The notes under the pieces were generated by a model. That model had not been told where the DNA came from and made no database searches. It was given only the letters and a program-made list of their open reading frames with translations. The position numbers and the translations under genes were made by a program. A stretch of DNA of 64,000 bases, taken from NCBI RefSeq assembly GCF_006345805.1, contig NC_043004.1:35340001-35404000 (forward strand). Direction: 5' to 3'. Source of the stretch: Octopus sinensis. Taxonomy: Eukaryota. Of the stretch, positions 1-11,222 are shown piece by piece (positions within the stretch are counted from its first letter, which is position 1; every line of letters begins with the position of its first letter).

Positions 1-22
1 CAATAAACAATACTAAACAAAG

Positions 23-64
<42 letters not shown>

Positions 65-279
65 GCATGTACACACACACACTCAAATATTTTATTTTAT
101 ATTTTGCTCATCATAGGTGTGGTAGTGTAATTAACAAGCTTGCTTAGCAACTATGTGGTCTTGGGTTCTGTATCACTGCATACCATCTTGTACAAGTCAC
201 TTCAATGATAGCCATGAGCTGACAAGTGCCTTGTGAGGGAAATTGGTGGACAGAAACTGAGTGAGAGCATGTTTTGTAC

Positions 280-425
<146 letters not shown>

Positions 426-808
426 GGAAGCACTCCGTCGGTTACGACGATGAGGGTTCCGGTTGATCCGATCAACAGAACAGCCTGCTCGTGAAATTAA
501 CGTGTAAGTGGCTGAGCACTCCACAGACACGTGTACCCTTAACGTAGTTCTCGGGGATATTCAGCGTGACACAGAGAGTGACAAGGCCGGCCCTTTGAAA
601 TACAGGTACAACAGAAACAGGAAGTAAGAGTGAGAGAAAGTTGTGGTGAAAGAGTACAGCAGGGATCACCACCATCCCTGCCGGAGCCTCGTGGAGCTTT
701 TAGGTGTTTTCGCTCAATAAACACTCACAACGCCCGGTCTGGGAATCGAAACTGCGATCCTACAACCATGAGTCCGCTGCCCTAACCACTGGGCCATTGC
801 GCCTCCAC
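426..808 (-). mobile_element. tRNA-derived SINE, family B, full-length
   Basis: Minus strand starts GGAGGCGCAATGGCCCAGTGGTTAGGGC (A box) ... GTTTCGATTCC (B box-like). The body is shared with copies at 8519-8822 and 27866-28182. It sits in a GATA repeat. Confidence 0.88.
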
Positions 809-1046
809 AGATAGATAGATATAGATACACACACACAATTATTTTTATGTACATATATATAAACACACATATATATTCTCATCCATAATGGATGAGTACC
901 AACATTCCCAGATAGAAGACTTCATAACTGTTAAGAAATTCCTCTCTTCATGAAACTATTGGTAGCCTTATTAATCTACAAATAAAGTATATGTATACAT
1001 TTGTACATATACATATACATACATACATACATTTGTACATATGTAT

Positions 1047-1634
1047 AGGTCACTTTAAATAAAAACCTTTGACTCTGCAACACTGTATATAAATTCTCTA
1101 CAGGGAATGACCAATTTTAAAAATCTGCTGTATCTCACACATAAGGGAATCTTACATTACTTATAAACTCTATATTTGGATGGACTCATTTTAATCTCTG
1201 TTGGACTTTTGGACTTTACTCATAGGATATTGGAATATTGCATATATACCATTATGCCTAAAAGATGGATTTACAACTTCAATACCCATACATATCTTGC
1301 ATCTATTTTCTTTCCTCCACCTCACTCTCTATTTTGTATCACATCGAAACTAACTATGACTTAGCTTTCCTCTCACACCGTCTCCAATGAAGGGATATTA
1401 TTAATATCCTAGAAACAGCTGTAAGACCTTCTATCTATAAATGCTCTAATATCTACACAGCCTTGGTTTTTTTATCTTATTATGCAAAAAATTATTATAT
1501 ACACACACTGACATAGAACCAACGTTGAACCCTTTATTCGCAATAATACCGAATTTGGAACTTAACTATGGTCTGTCTATAGCACTTATTCAGCATTACC
1601 TGACACCTTTGGGTCTCAATGACACCATTATCTC
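1047..1634 (+). mobile_element. Hammerhead-bearing non-coding retroelement, family H3 (PLE pLTR/retrozyme-like)
   Basis: The 3' 230 bp is nearly identical to 33598-33830. It contains a hammerhead motif at 1380-1427 and is flanked by TA/TACA repeats. The left boundary is approximate. Confidence 0.65.
1380..1427 (+). ncRNA. Type I hammerhead ribozyme motif with degenerate core
   Basis: gtct-CCAATGA-ag-ggatatt-att-aatatcc-ta-GAAA-CAGCTG-TA-agac. Helix I is gtct/agac, helix II has 7-8 bp, helix III is the palindrome ACAGCTGT, and the site is GUA. The CUGAUGA box has two substitutions. Confidence 0.65.
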
Positions 1635-2089
1635 ATATATATGTATGTGTGTGTGTGCATCTGTGTGTAGGGAGGGTGCATGTGTGTAAATAAATAAATA
1701 TATCATCTCATTGTTACTTTACATTTCCTTTCTATGCTGGCATGGGTTAGATGGGTTGTCAGAGTCTGAATCATTTCTTACTGAGAGGTACATTTGCTGA
1801 GATGATCGAAGAAGAGATTCGAACACAAAGCAATGAGATCAGAAGGATGAGGAGGATGGTTGGGTTGAAGAAAAGGTCAGTTGTCTGATGTAAACTGCAG
1901 TTAACATCGCTTTTCCATGATGGTATAGGTTGAACATTCTGACTGAAGTGCTGCAGGACTGCATCAAGCTCCAATGCCAGTTTTTGCATGGTTTCTAGGG
2001 CTGGAAGCCCATCTTAATGCCCAGTGTTTTGTCAGCTGGATCAATGATGGCAAGATATTGCAAAAGGCTGGCAGTAAATAGTGATCATC

Positions 2090-2505
2090 AAGGTCAGAAA
2101 CAGAAGGAAAAAGCTTCGAATGATGAGAACTGGGATGGAGTTTGGGTTAGGGTTGCAGCAGATCGTGTAGTGTGTGAATGTGGTTTTCCAGTACCAACAT
2201 GGGAGAAGCCTGATATGGAAATAGGTATGAGGATTGTACACCTTGTTGAATTAACTGTTCCACCTGAAGACAATATAGATGCAGCTCAGGTTAGGAAAGA
2301 AGTTTTATGAGATTTAACTGGGAGACTATGTAGATACAAATTGGAATGCTGGACACTTTCCTGCAGAAGTTGGACGGAAGGGTTTTATAGGAACCAGAAT
2401 AAGATGGTGTCTGCTATCAAGTGGTATCAGACGTCACCAATAAATATCATCTTGAAAAAGATCCAGGTGACTTTTGAGAGAGCCCATTATTGGATATAGA
2501 TGTGA
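2090..2505 (+). pseudogene. Non-LTR retrotransposon relic, restriction-like endonuclease domain (HERO/NeSL-like)
   Basis: Translation across a frameshift gives KPD...IVHLVELTVPPEDNIDAAQVRK...FPAEVGRKGF...AHYWI, matching the PD..ELTVP..K..EVG.RGF pattern of REL endonucleases. Confidence 0.75.
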
Positions 2506-2920
2506 TGGTATAATGAAACCAGAAGATGTGTATGTGCAAAAATTGGTGGATAGAAATTGTGGAAGGCAATCAAATGGGTTGATCAGTGCTGTAAGTGAAA
2601 ATTACCACATTCGGCTTAGAAATTGTTGTCTGTGGAATACCCAGCAGCTTTCACATGAATTTAATGATTGGAAAGTTCAGTTAAAACCATCAGACAAACC
2701 AACAAATATTTCTGAGAACAATGAAAATAAACGTTTGTTTTGTTTTTGGTTTTGTTTTTTGCAAACATTTCAAATGGTGATAAGCTACCAATAAATTTAG
2801 ACTTAACCAAAGTCTTTTTTACTTCCTGATTGTTCTATTTTATTTAATCACACTTCACACCTGTGATGGTCAAAACTAATCAATGATGATGAGGAATGTA
2901 ATCTTCTATGCTCTTTAACA

Positions 2921-3285
2921 CCAACATCAAAATGAAAATCAATGGAAATTGTAGTTAAGATACCCATGCCGGTGACACATTAAAAGCACCATCCTAACGT
3001 GGCAGATGCCAGTGCCGCTTGACTGGCGTCCGTGTCAGTGACACATAAAAGCACCAACTGATCGTGGCCATTTGCCAGCCTCTTCTGACCCCTGTGCCGG
3101 TGGCACGTAAAAAGCACCCACTACACTCATGGAGTGGTTGGCGTTAGGAAGGGCACCCAGCTGTAGAAACACTGCCAGATCAGACTGGAGCCTGGTGCAG
3201 CTTCCTGGCTTCCCAGACCCCGGTCGAACCGTCCAACCCATGCTAGCATGGAAAACAGACATTAAAGGATGATGATGATGATGAT
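2921..3285 (+). mobile_element. SINE-like family E with RTE-type 3' tail and (GAT)n end
   Basis: Ends AACCCATGCTAGCATGGAAAACAGACATTAAAGGATGATGATG. Homologous to 8862-9225, 43185-43922 and 55646-56190. Confidence 0.85.
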
Positions 3286-3922
3286 ACAACAACAAAAAGA
3301 TGAAGATTTGTGTGGTCCTCCTCTTCATTTTGTTATCCTTAAAATAAATAAAAAGTTAAAATGTTTTTTGAATCTCAAAGTTGCTCATAGTTAACAGGGA
3401 ATTTTCGATGACCTAAAATTTTATTCATGTTAACATCTAATGGTGTCTCAATTCATGAAAAGTTATTAAACAGAATAAATTTGGTCTAGTCAAGAGACAG
3501 ACGGGAAGATATTACAAGACTAACTCAGTATAAAAAAGGAAAATTAAAAGTAATAGTTTGACCATTTAATGTGCTGTTTCAATCAGAAGCATCTAAAGGA
3601 ATATACATTATTCCTTGAGCATTTAGGAAGCATTTCATGGAAGACTTTAGAATATATTTAATGCTATCTCTTCTGTGTTTTTAGGACAAATATTAAGGTT
3701 TTAAAATTTTGTAAATCTAATATTAAAACTGAATGAAGTAGCGAACTCTTTAGAAAATATAAGATGAAACATCATTCTTTCTTTTTTCCCTTTTCCCTTC
3801 TCATTAACTTTTTATTCTTTGAAAATTTTTGAAATTCCAAATTTGAAAGCTGTTTTAATAGTTTGACTTTTTTTCACATCATACGCTTGAATTTAATGCT
3901 ACATTTTTGTATATTCTGAAGT

Positions 3923-3936
3923 GTTGCTATGGAAAC
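3923..3936. promoter_or_regulatory. Candidate RFX X-box motif
   Basis: GTTGCTATGGAAAC fits the GTHNYYATRRNAAC X-box pattern in a repeat-free stretch. Motif match only. Confidence 0.25.
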
Positions 3937-5042
3937 CGAAAGGGATGACGGTATTCTAAGTGACTTCTTACAAGGCATTTATAAAATGAGATTAATATCT
4001 CTCAAACGATTGATGTAAAGATTTTTAGAATCCAACCATGCATCCATTTGCTTTATTTCCTATCTTCAAAGTTATTTGATTCTTTGAGATGTATAACATG
4101 GAAAATAGATTGCAAGTAACCAAGTGACACATAACTCAAGTTTAGCATCTCCTGTGCAGCTACTGCCACTGGCAAACACACCCATATCATGGTAAAGCTT
4201 GTAACTATACTAGAATGAAACTATATTTTAAATCAATTGCATGCTTCTTTGGTTTTTTTTCCTTGTTTTTGTTTTTTTTTTAACAAGAGATACACGTGCA
4301 TGAAAGTCCAAGGCAAACGGAAAGAGTTTGGTCAGAAATTCATTTTGATATGTGATATCCAGATTATGAAAATCCACTGACATCTTTCAAAAGCATGGAG
4401 AGTGCTTGTTATTGTGCAGTGGAATGGAAAAACAAAGAGTATATTTAGGATAGAGTAAGGCTGTTTGAAAAGGCACAACATCGAATTAAACAGGAAATGT
4501 TCAGTAGAAACTTATACACATACATCATATATGTGTGAACATATATATATATATATATATTATATAAAAGGGTTTAGTAAAATAAATTACTTTGCCGCAT
4601 ACTGAACTCGTTAGAAATAGCAGCTAAAAAAAACTATTTCTAACACTTAAAGAAAACCTCTATTTCTAACGAGTTCAGTATGCGGCAAAGTAATTTATTT
4701 TACTAAGCCCTTTTATATAATGTAATAATTTGAATTTGCCTTAAATGGTCCCTTTGCATACTGAATACTTGGTGAAATTGATTAATTAATTAATTAATTT
4801 TACCCTCAATTGTTGAAATTATAATTCATCTCTCTCTACTTAATTGTCTTGGATTTTACCGAAAAAAAGCGTAGTGTTTGCTGATTTTAACCCACGCTGG
4901 TGGAAAGGGGAGAACAGAAATTTTTCTCTTGCATATTTGAGTTAGCTAGCACTGTTAGTTGGGAACAGATCTTCAGAAGCGATAACAAGCCGAAATGGTA
5001 TGCTCCCATTTTCAGTGTTTTCAAACTCAAACAAGGGCATTC

Positions 5043-5094
5043 TGAGCTGATGAGAGAAGGGTCGAATTTGGCTAATCTTGAACGTACGTACTCA
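5043..5094 (+). ncRNA. Type I hammerhead ribozyme, H1 copy 1 (GAAA box one A short)
   Basis: tgag-CTGATGA-gaga...tctt-GAA-CGTACG-TA-ctca. Identical to copy 2 except for one homopolymer A. Confidence 0.75.
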
Positions 5095-5590
5095 AATAAC
5101 CTTGCATTTGATTTTTTAATGTCTCTACCCTCATACTTTCTTGGGTTGAATTGAGCAAGCACTATATGAGAGAGGTTTTCTTTAAGTGTTAGAAATAGTT
5201 TTTTTAGCTGCTATTTCTAACGAGTTCAGTATGCGGCAAAGTAATTTATTTTACTAAGCCCTTTTATATAATGTAATAATTTGAATTTGCCTTAAATGGT
5301 CCTTTGCATACTGAATACTTGGTGAAATTGATTAATTAATTAATTAATTTTACCCTCAATTGTTGAAATTATAATTCATCTCTCTCTACTTAATTGTCTT
5401 GGATTTTACCGAAAAAAAGCGTAGTGTTGCTGATTTTAACCCACGCTGGTGGAAAGGGGAGAACAGAAATTTTTCTCTTGCATATTTGAGTTAGCTAGCA
5501 CTGTTAGTTGGAACAGATCTTCAGAAGCGATAACAAGCCGAAAGGGTATGCTCCCATTTTCAGTGTTTTCAAACTCAAACAAGGGCATTC

Positions 5591-5643
5591 TGAGCTGATG
5601 AGAGAAGGGTCGAATTTGGCTAATCTTGAAACGTACGTACTCA
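5591..5643 (+). ncRNA. Type I hammerhead ribozyme, H1 copy 2, intact
   Basis: tgag-CTGATGA-gaga(agggtcgaatttggctaa)tctt-GAAA-CGTACG-TA-ctca. Helix I is tgag/ctca (extendable att/aat and caaggg/cctttg), helix III is the perfect palindrome ACGTACGT, and predicted cleavage is after A5639. Confidence 0.9.
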
Positions 5644-5976
5644 AATAACCTTTGCATTTGATTTTTTAATGTCTCTACCCTCATACTTTCTTGGGTGAAT
5701 TGAGCAAGCACTATATGAGAGAGGTTTTCTTTAAGTGTTAGAAATAGTTTTTTTAGCTGCTATTTCTAACGAGTTCAGTATGCGGCAAAGTAATTTATTT
5801 TACTAAGCCCTTTTATATAATGTAATAATTTGAATTTGCCTTAAATGGTCCCTTTGCATACTGAATACTTGGTGAAATTGATTAATTAATTAATTAATTT
5901 TACCCTCAATTGTTGAAATTATATATATATATATGTATGTATGTATGTATGTATTTATGTATGTATGTATATATGC

Positions 5977-6026
<50 letters not shown>

Positions 6027-6182
6027 TGGCAGGGCTGGCCTGCTAGGTAGCCGGCCAGAATGCTAGAAATAGATCATCAACGATCAAACTACAAGGGAAA
6101 TTCTCTAGAGGAAGAATTCAGCGAACACCAGAACCAAATTTGGCGGGCAGGACATATGAAAACTTAAATAAAAAACAGACTT

Positions 6183-6260
6183 AAATGCATACCTCGGTTT
6201 CGGTCTTAACAAAAGAATTACTTGCATAATTCAAGTGTCCGTGACTTCTTCAGTACATTC
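6183..6260 (-). ncRNA. Type I hammerhead ribozyme, H2 copy 1
   Basis: Reverse complement of the motif at 7542-7619. Confidence 0.8.
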
Positions 6261-6728
6261 GGTCCTCGAGATGCAAACCGCAAGACTAACCCCAGCTCTC
6301 TGTGTCAAGACAGACACGTGCTTAGTCTTACTGATTACATCGGGAATAAAATTTCAAATGTCTTGGTTCCGGCGCGCTAAGAGACTCCTGAAGCGAAGGG
6401 CTGCAGTGAATAATTCACTGCGGGTAAAGCTTACTACTAGGGAACGTATTTATTTAAATATTTAAAAATTGAGGGAGATAAATTAATATTAATTTTAATA
6501 TCAATTTAAAACCAGTAGTCCAGCATTCAAAAAATCTGAGGAGTCAGAGAAAATTCAAATATATGTGTATATTGGCAGGGCTGGCCTGCTAGGTAGCCGG
6601 CCAGAATGCTAGAAATAGATCATCAACGATCAAACTACAAGGGAAATTCTCTAGAGGAAGAATTCAGCGAACACCAGAACCAAATTTGGCGGGCAGGACA
6701 TATGAAAAATTAAATAAAAAACAGACTT

Positions 6729-6806
6729 AAATGCATACCTCGGTTTCGGTCTTAACAAAAGAATTACTTGCATAATTCAAGTGTCCGTGACTTCTTCAGT
6801 ACATTC
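6729..6806 (-). ncRNA. Type I hammerhead ribozyme, H2 copy 2
   Basis: Reverse complement of the motif at 7542-7619. Confidence 0.8.
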
Positions 6807-7541
6807 GGTCCTCGAGATGCAAACTGAAAGACTAACCCCAGCTCTCTGTGTCAAGACAGACACGTGCTTAGTCTTACTGATTACATCGGGAATAAAATTT
6901 CAAATGTCTTGGTTCCGGCGCGCTAAGAGACTCCTGAAGCGAAGGGCTGCAGTGAATAATTCACTGCGGGTAAAGCTTACTACTAGGGAACGTATTTATT
7001 TAAATATTTAAAAATTGAGGGAGATAAATTAATATTAATTTTAATATCAATTTAAAACCAGTAGTCCAGCATTCAAAAAATCTGAGGAGTCAGAGAAAAT
7101 TCAAATATATGTGTATATTTGGTTCTGGTGTTCGCTGAATTCTTCCTCTAGAGAATTTCCCTTGTAGTTTGATCGTTGATGATCTATTTCTAGCATTCTG
7201 GCCGGCTACCTAGCAGGCCAGCCCTGCCAATATACACATATATTTGAATTTTCTCTGACTCCTCAGATTTTTTGAATGCTGGACTACTGGTTTTAAATTG
7301 ATATTAAAATTAATATTAATTTATCTCCCTCAATTTTTAAATATTTAAATAAATACGTTCCCTAGTAGTAAGCTTTACCCGCAGTGAATTATTCACTGCA
7401 GCCCTTCGCTTCAGGAGTCTCTTAGCGCGCCGGAACCAAGACATTTGAAATTTTATTCCCGATGTAATCAGTAAGACTAAGCACGTGTCTGTCTTGACAC
7501 AGAGAGCTGGGGTTAGTCTTGCGGTTTGCATCTCGAGGACC

Positions 7542-7619
7542 GAATGTACTGAAGAAGTCACGGACACTTGAATTATGCAAGTAATTCTTTTGTTAAGACC
7601 GAAACCGAGGTATGCATTT
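7542..7619 (+). ncRNA. Type I hammerhead ribozyme, H2 copy 3
   Basis: gaatgta-CTGAAGA-agtc(acgga..gaattat-GCAA-gtaattc..tttgt)gacc-GAAA-CCGAGG-TA-tgcattt. Helix I has 7 bp, helix II is long and capped by a GNRA loop, helix III is the near-palindrome ACCGAGGT, and predicted cleavage is after A7612. Confidence 0.82.
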
Positions 7620-8087
7620 AAGTCTGTTTTTTATTTAATTTTTCATATGTCCTGCCCGCCAAATTTGGTTCTGGTGTTCGCTGAATTCTTCCTCTAGAGA
7701 ATTTCCCTTGTAGTTTGATCGTTGATGATCTATTTCTAGCATTCTGGCCGGCTACCTAGCAGGCCAGCCCTGCCAATATACACATATATTTGAATTTTCT
7801 CTGACTCCTCAGATTTTTTGAATGCTGGACTACTGGTTTTAAATTGATATTAAAATTAATATTAATTTATCTCCCTCAATTTTTAAATATTTAAATAAAT
7901 ACGTTCCCTAGTAGTAAGCTTTACCCGCAGTGAATTATTCACTGCAGCCCTTCGCTTCAGGAGTCTCTTAGCGCGCCGGAACCAAGACATTTGAAATTTT
8001 ATTCCCGATGTAATCAGTAAGACTAAGCACGTGTCTGTCTTGACACAGAGAGCTGGGGTTAGTCTTGCGGTTTGCATCTCGAGGACC

Positions 8088-8165
8088 GAATGTACTGAAG
8101 AAGTCACGGACACTTGAATTATGCAAGTAATTCTTTTGTTAAGACCGAAACCGAGGTATGCATTT
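8088..8165 (+). ncRNA. Type I hammerhead ribozyme, H2 copy 4
   Basis: Identical to 7542-7619, 546 bp downstream. Predicted cleavage is after A8158. Confidence 0.82.
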
Positions 8166-8424
8166 AAGTCTGTTTTTTATTTAATTTTTCATATGTCCTG
8201 CCCGCCAAATTTGGTTCTGGTGTTCGCTGAATTCTTCCTCTAGAGAATTTCCCTTGTAGTTTGATCGTTGATGATCTATTTCTAGCATTCTGGCCGGCTA
8301 CCTAGCAGGCCAGCCCTGCCAATATACACATATATTTGAATTTTCTCTGACTCCTCAGATTTTTTGAATGCTGGACTACTGGTTTTAAATTGATATTAAA
8401 ATTAATATTAATTTATCTCCCTCA

Positions 8425-8462
<38 letters not shown>

Positions 8463-8476
8463 TATATATGAATATA

Positions 8477-8516
<40 letters not shown>

Positions 8517-8518
8517 CA

Positions 8519-8818
8519 GGAGCACTCTATCGGTTGCGACAACGAGGGTCCCAGCTGATACGATCAACGGAACAGCTTGCTCATGGAATTAAAGTGCAAG
8601 TGGCTGAGCAATCCACATACGCGTGTACCCTTAACGTAGTTCTCAGGGAGATTCGGCGTGACACAGTGTGTATCAAGGTTGGCTCATTTTTGCCAGCTGA
8701 GTGGACTGGAGCAATGTGAAATAAAGTGTCTTGCTCAAGGACACAACGCGCCGCCGGGAATTGAACTCACAACCTTACGACCATGAGCCGAATGCTTCTA
8801 ACCACTAAGCCACGCACC

Positions 8819-8822
<4 letters not shown>
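8519..8822 (-). mobile_element. tRNA-derived SINE, family B variant
   Basis: Minus-strand head GGTGCGTGGCTTAGTGGTTAGA...GAGTTCAATTCC. The body matches 426-600. It lies between TA repeats. Confidence 0.85.
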
Positions 8823-8861
<39 letters not shown>

Positions 8862-8862
<1 letters not shown>

Positions 8863-9225
8863 GCACCATCCGAATTGTGGCCGATGCCAGCGCTGCCTTG
8901 ACTGGCTTCCGTGTTGGTGGCACATAAAAAGCACCATCCAAATCGTAGCCGAAGCCAGTGCCGCCTCGACTGGCTTCCATAAAATGCACCAATCCGACCG
9001 TGGCCAATGCCAGCCTCGCCTGGCACCAGTGCAGGTGGCACGTAAAAAGCACCCACTACACTCACGGAGTGGTTGGCATTAGGAAGGGCATCCAGCTGTA
9101 GAAACATTGCCAGATAAGACCGGAGCCTGGTGCAGCCTTCTGACTTCCCAGATCCCCGGTCGAACCGTCCAACCCATGCTAGCATGGAGAACGGACGTTA
9201 AACGATGATGATGATGATGATGATG
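8862..9225 (+). mobile_element. SINE-like family E
   Basis: Homologous to 2921-3285 and ends in (GAT)n. Confidence 0.85.
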
Positions 9226-10406
9226 ACAGGTGTTGTGTAGTTTTTCCCAGCCAAATTTGTTCCCAAAGCATTAGTTGGCCCAGGGATATAATAAATGATA
9301 CTCACCCAAATTCCATACAGTAGGAATGAGCTAAAAACCATATGGCTGTAAAGCAAACTTCATAGTGAAGCCATGACAGTACCTCTATCTATCTACCTAT
9401 CTGTCTAGCTATATGTCTGTCAGTCTGTTTGTCTACCTATCTGTCTGTCAGTCTATCCATCCATCTATCCATCCATTCCTGTATTTATCTATCTATCTAC
9501 TCATCTGTCTGTCTGTCTACTTATCTATCTCTTTATATGTGCATGTGTGTGTGAAATATACTATCATGCTATATTATCTACATGTATAACTATTAAACCA
9601 AAAAAAGTATCATTGTAAATATTTATACAAAGCAAAATAACAAATCTATGCCGTACCATCAAATAAAATACAATGCACAGACAATTTCATTTTTAAATTA
9701 TTTATGGCTCTATAAGTTTCATAGTTTAAAACTTTGTTTTTTGGGGGAATTTTTCTTCTTTTTTTTTTTTTTTGGAGAAAGATTTCTTAGTTGTTTCAAA
9801 ATAAAAAATAAATATAGAAATAAAATTGGATGGTAAATAAAAATAACTGTTCAGAAATATAATTTTAGTAGGTATAGAAGAAAAAAATTGTTAAGCCATG
9901 ACAGTATATGAATTAAAACAATAGCAATTCACATGAAACATTGTAATGTTGACAAAAAATATGTAAAATCTGATAAGACTGCTTAAGCACAAGAAAGGGT
10001 GAAATGAAAGTAAAAAAAAAAGCATTTAAGAAGGAAATGTAATAAAAAATAAATAAAAACCCACATAAATAATGATAAAAGTATGAAAAATCATTTCAGT
10101 TTAAAGTCTTAAGTTTCAGCAAAAAAATAATAATTTTGTGAAAAAACTGTAATACAAGGGAAATTTGTGAGAAAAATTCATGAAAATCAAAACAACATGC
10201 ATTTATTTGGTAAATTCAACTGAATTAGTTAGAAAAATTAAACAATAAGTTTTTATTGCTCAAAAAAACTAAAAAAAAAATTAACCCAAACTAAAAGAAT
10301 CCTACCCTTATACACATACATAAATTTACACACACACATACACATATAAGTACACACATAAATTTGCATATGTATATATATATATATATATATGTATATT
10401 TGTATG

Positions 10407-10440
<34 letters not shown>

Positions 10441-10832
10441 TAGACACAAACACACATATACACACGCACACTACTAATACATGTCATGTTTGTGTATGTG
10501 TCTGCCTGACTGTTTGTGTGCATTTGGTGTTATGTATAATTTTCTTTATTTAATACTTTCAAACTTTTTAGGACGTTTATGAAATATTTGTTCAGGGATT
10601 TAAACTTGAAAGAAGATAAGCTGACTTTGAGAAAGCGCAAAGTCATAAAACTTCAAGTAGCTTTATTAAGATGGAATTGTCTTTATTAGCATCTAAAGTG
10701 GGATATTTAATTTGACAAGCCATGTCATCAAAGCAGAAACTCATCATTATGTTGTGTGTGTAAATGAATCTTTGCAAACAGATACACACACATACAGCCA
10801 CAAATGTCATATATATATATCTGTGTGTGTAT

Positions 10833-10866
<34 letters not shown>

Positions 10867-11178
10867 TATTCAAAGAAATTTCAACTCTGCCTGTTTTTTA
10901 TGTTTTATTTATATTCTTTATAATATTAATGTAGAATATAGAATATATAGTATAAATAATATATATATATATATAGTAAAATGAAATGAAGTATGGATTG
11001 TCTTATTGAATAGATGAAATGCTGAATATAAAATATTAAGGGACTAGTATACTTTCTTGCATTATAGCAGTCTTCAAGGTCCCAGGTTGTAACAGGAGTG
11101 TCGTATATATAGGTCGTGAGAGGTAATGGTGTCAGTGAGCTACACTGCCTTGGTTTTTTATCTCATTATGAAAAAATG

Positions 11179-11222
<44 letters not shown>

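Larger units (their letters stand above)
4561..5922 (+). mobile_element. Hammerhead tandem array, family H1 (about 550-bp monomer x2.3 plus a 100-bp inverted 5' arm), retrozyme-like
   Basis: Direct repeats with period 549-551 (ctatttctaac at 4660, 5211, 5760). 4561-4661 is an inverted copy of part of the unit. (TA)n lies on both flanks and each monomer has one hammerhead. Confidence 0.9.
6017..8431. mobile_element. Hammerhead tandem array, family H2 (546-bp monomer; 2 copies on minus, then 2.4 copies on plus), retrozyme-like
   Basis: The same ORF recurs at 6235/6781 (+) and 7337/7883 (-), giving period 546. The inversion junction is at about 7117-7120. (TA)n lies on both flanks and there are four hammerheads. 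Confidence 0.92.

Noticed and set aside
730-808. tRNA gene candidates at SINE heads
   Set aside because: A/B boxes are present but continue into SINE bodies, and I could not identify a complete cloverleaf or terminator.
4887-5711. ORFs within the H1 monomers
   Set aside because: Reading frames differ between the two copies through homopolymer indels, and no protein motif is recognisable.
6235-6465. 76-aa ORF repeated four times (MSVTSSVHSVLEM...)
   Set aside because: It has a GTG start, lies antisense to and overlaps the hammerhead, and has no recognisable domain. The repetition only reflects the tandem array, and coding is not supported.
6536-6555. CTGAGGA...GAAA on the strand opposite the H2 ribozyme (possible second-polarity hammerhead)
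   Set aside because: No helix II or helix III can form. The sequence is instead part of a tctga/tcaga hairpin.
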